This document shows positions 62,850 through 64,000 of a stretch of DNA of 64,000 nt, in pieces (within the stretch, counting starts at the first letter, position 1; the number at the start of each line of letters is the position of its first letter). Origin of the DNA: Felis catus (taxonomy: Eukaryota); the NCBI RefSeq assembly GCF_018350175.1, contig NC_058386.1, positions 113,770,001 through 113,834,000 on the forward strand. The letters are read 5' to 3'. The notes under the pieces were generated by a model that saw only the letters and a program-made list of their open reading frames with translations, ran no database searches and had not been told where the DNA came from. Both the position numbers and the translations under genes were made by a program.

Positions 62850-64000
62850 GTGAAGAAACTGAAGCTGTGCCGGCCGTGGGTTGACGTTGACATGTGTGAG
62901 TAGGAGAAAACGCAGGGAAGCGTTTGTCAAGCCGGTTACAATTCTCCCGTCACGTGAACCAGAGCGCGCTGCCCGGGCTGTGCACTGTCCTCCCATCTTT
63001 TCAGCCTGTTCCTGAGCGCAAAAGTCCAGTCCCATTGGCTTTATTCTCTCCATTCCTGGAACACTGGCGCCAAAGGTGCCATTCTAGGCGAGTGTGGTGA
63101 TGCTTCATGAGAAACCAATGTTCCTGGCCCAAATGACGTAGGCCCGGAGAAGCGTTCCGTACGTCTCACGAGAAAGCAGCATAAGTCACCGTATGCGTGG
63201 CAGGCCGTGGCAAGAAAGGCTTGGCTATCCTTCACCTTCGATTTCTCCAAAGAAGAAACTTCCACGCGGTGTACTGATACCCCCCAACGCCTGTTTGTAG
63301 CCTTTCCCAAGGTTAGTAATAAACGAGACAACTAACTCCCATTCCCAGGAGATGGCCTGCGATTCGAGGCATGAAGCAGGGGAGCTAGGCCAGCTCCCTA
63401 AGTGAGGTCGCTCACTCTTAGCCGGAAAATCGGAGGTGACACAGCTACGCGTGTGTGCGGATGCGCCTGTGTTCTCACGCGTGTGATGCCAACATGTGTC
63501 TGTGCCCTGGGTTTATTAACACCGAAGGAGATAAGTTTGACCGAGAGAACATGGGAGAGGAGCAAAAGAAGGGCTCCAGTTGTACGTGACCACAGATCCT
63601 ACCAGGCCTCAGAAGTCAGAAACGTTCTTTTGGTTCAGATGAGTCGAAGCCAATTTTGCGATGCGTCTGCCGCCACGTCAGGGCTCCCACTGGATGCCCC
63701 GCTGCGTTCTCAGTTCCCTAAGCTGACCATGTGACTCCACAGTGTGCACACCTCCGCTAACCCGGGGTGCCACACGGAACCCCGTCCTGCCTCCCCCGGA
63801 GCATGCTGACAGGCAGAACCACCACCGTCGTCCGCTATCCCCTGGCGTGCGGACGCTGGACCTCTTGATTCTCATCCCCTCACCTCTCTTCCTCCTGCCA
63901 CATCCACACCGTCTGGCACCTCGGTCCATAACCTGGGCTTCTCTTTGCCACGCCCTGAATGCCACGAACAGCCGCTACCTCAAAGGCGGGTCCCGAACGC
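62850..64000. promoter_or_regulatory. CpG-enriched, repeat-free segment; candidate enhancer or CpG-island shore
   Basis: Visibly more CpG than flanking DNA; CRE-like tgacgta, M-CAT cattcct and cacgcgtg motifs. Confidence 0.35.

Overview
Mammalian nuclear DNA from a felid or close feliform, judged from about 18 SINEC_Fc-type Can-SINEs and a feline L1 3' end. No intact protein-coding gene could be recognised. The ORF track is explained by repeats, N-runs and chance. The window is dominated by interspersed repeats (Can-SINEs, L1, L2, MIR, MaLR/ERVL LTRs, hAT MER5/MER20) and microsatellites. The repeat-poor ~12.9-22.3 kb block looks like a very long 3' terminal exon/3'UTR of an unidentified minus-strand transcript (U-rich on the minus strand, poly(A) signals at ~16.96 kb and ~12.94 kb). 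I cannot support a new multi-gene biological system. The most interesting signals are small-scale. They are a perfect 21-bp-arm, pre-miRNA-sized inverted repeat at 12188-12250, a minus-strand-favoured 18-bp hairpin at 18333-18382, further template-switch-like palindromes at 43.96 and 44.92 kb, a head-to-head SINE pair sharing a private variant, a circularly permuted L1 3' end, a 62-bp young L1 insertion with a perfect TSD, and a tandem repeat that creates STAT motifs. The N-runs appear to be length-exact masked bases, so the assembly may be reference-guided. Repeat subfamily names come from remembered consensus sequences, not from a database search.
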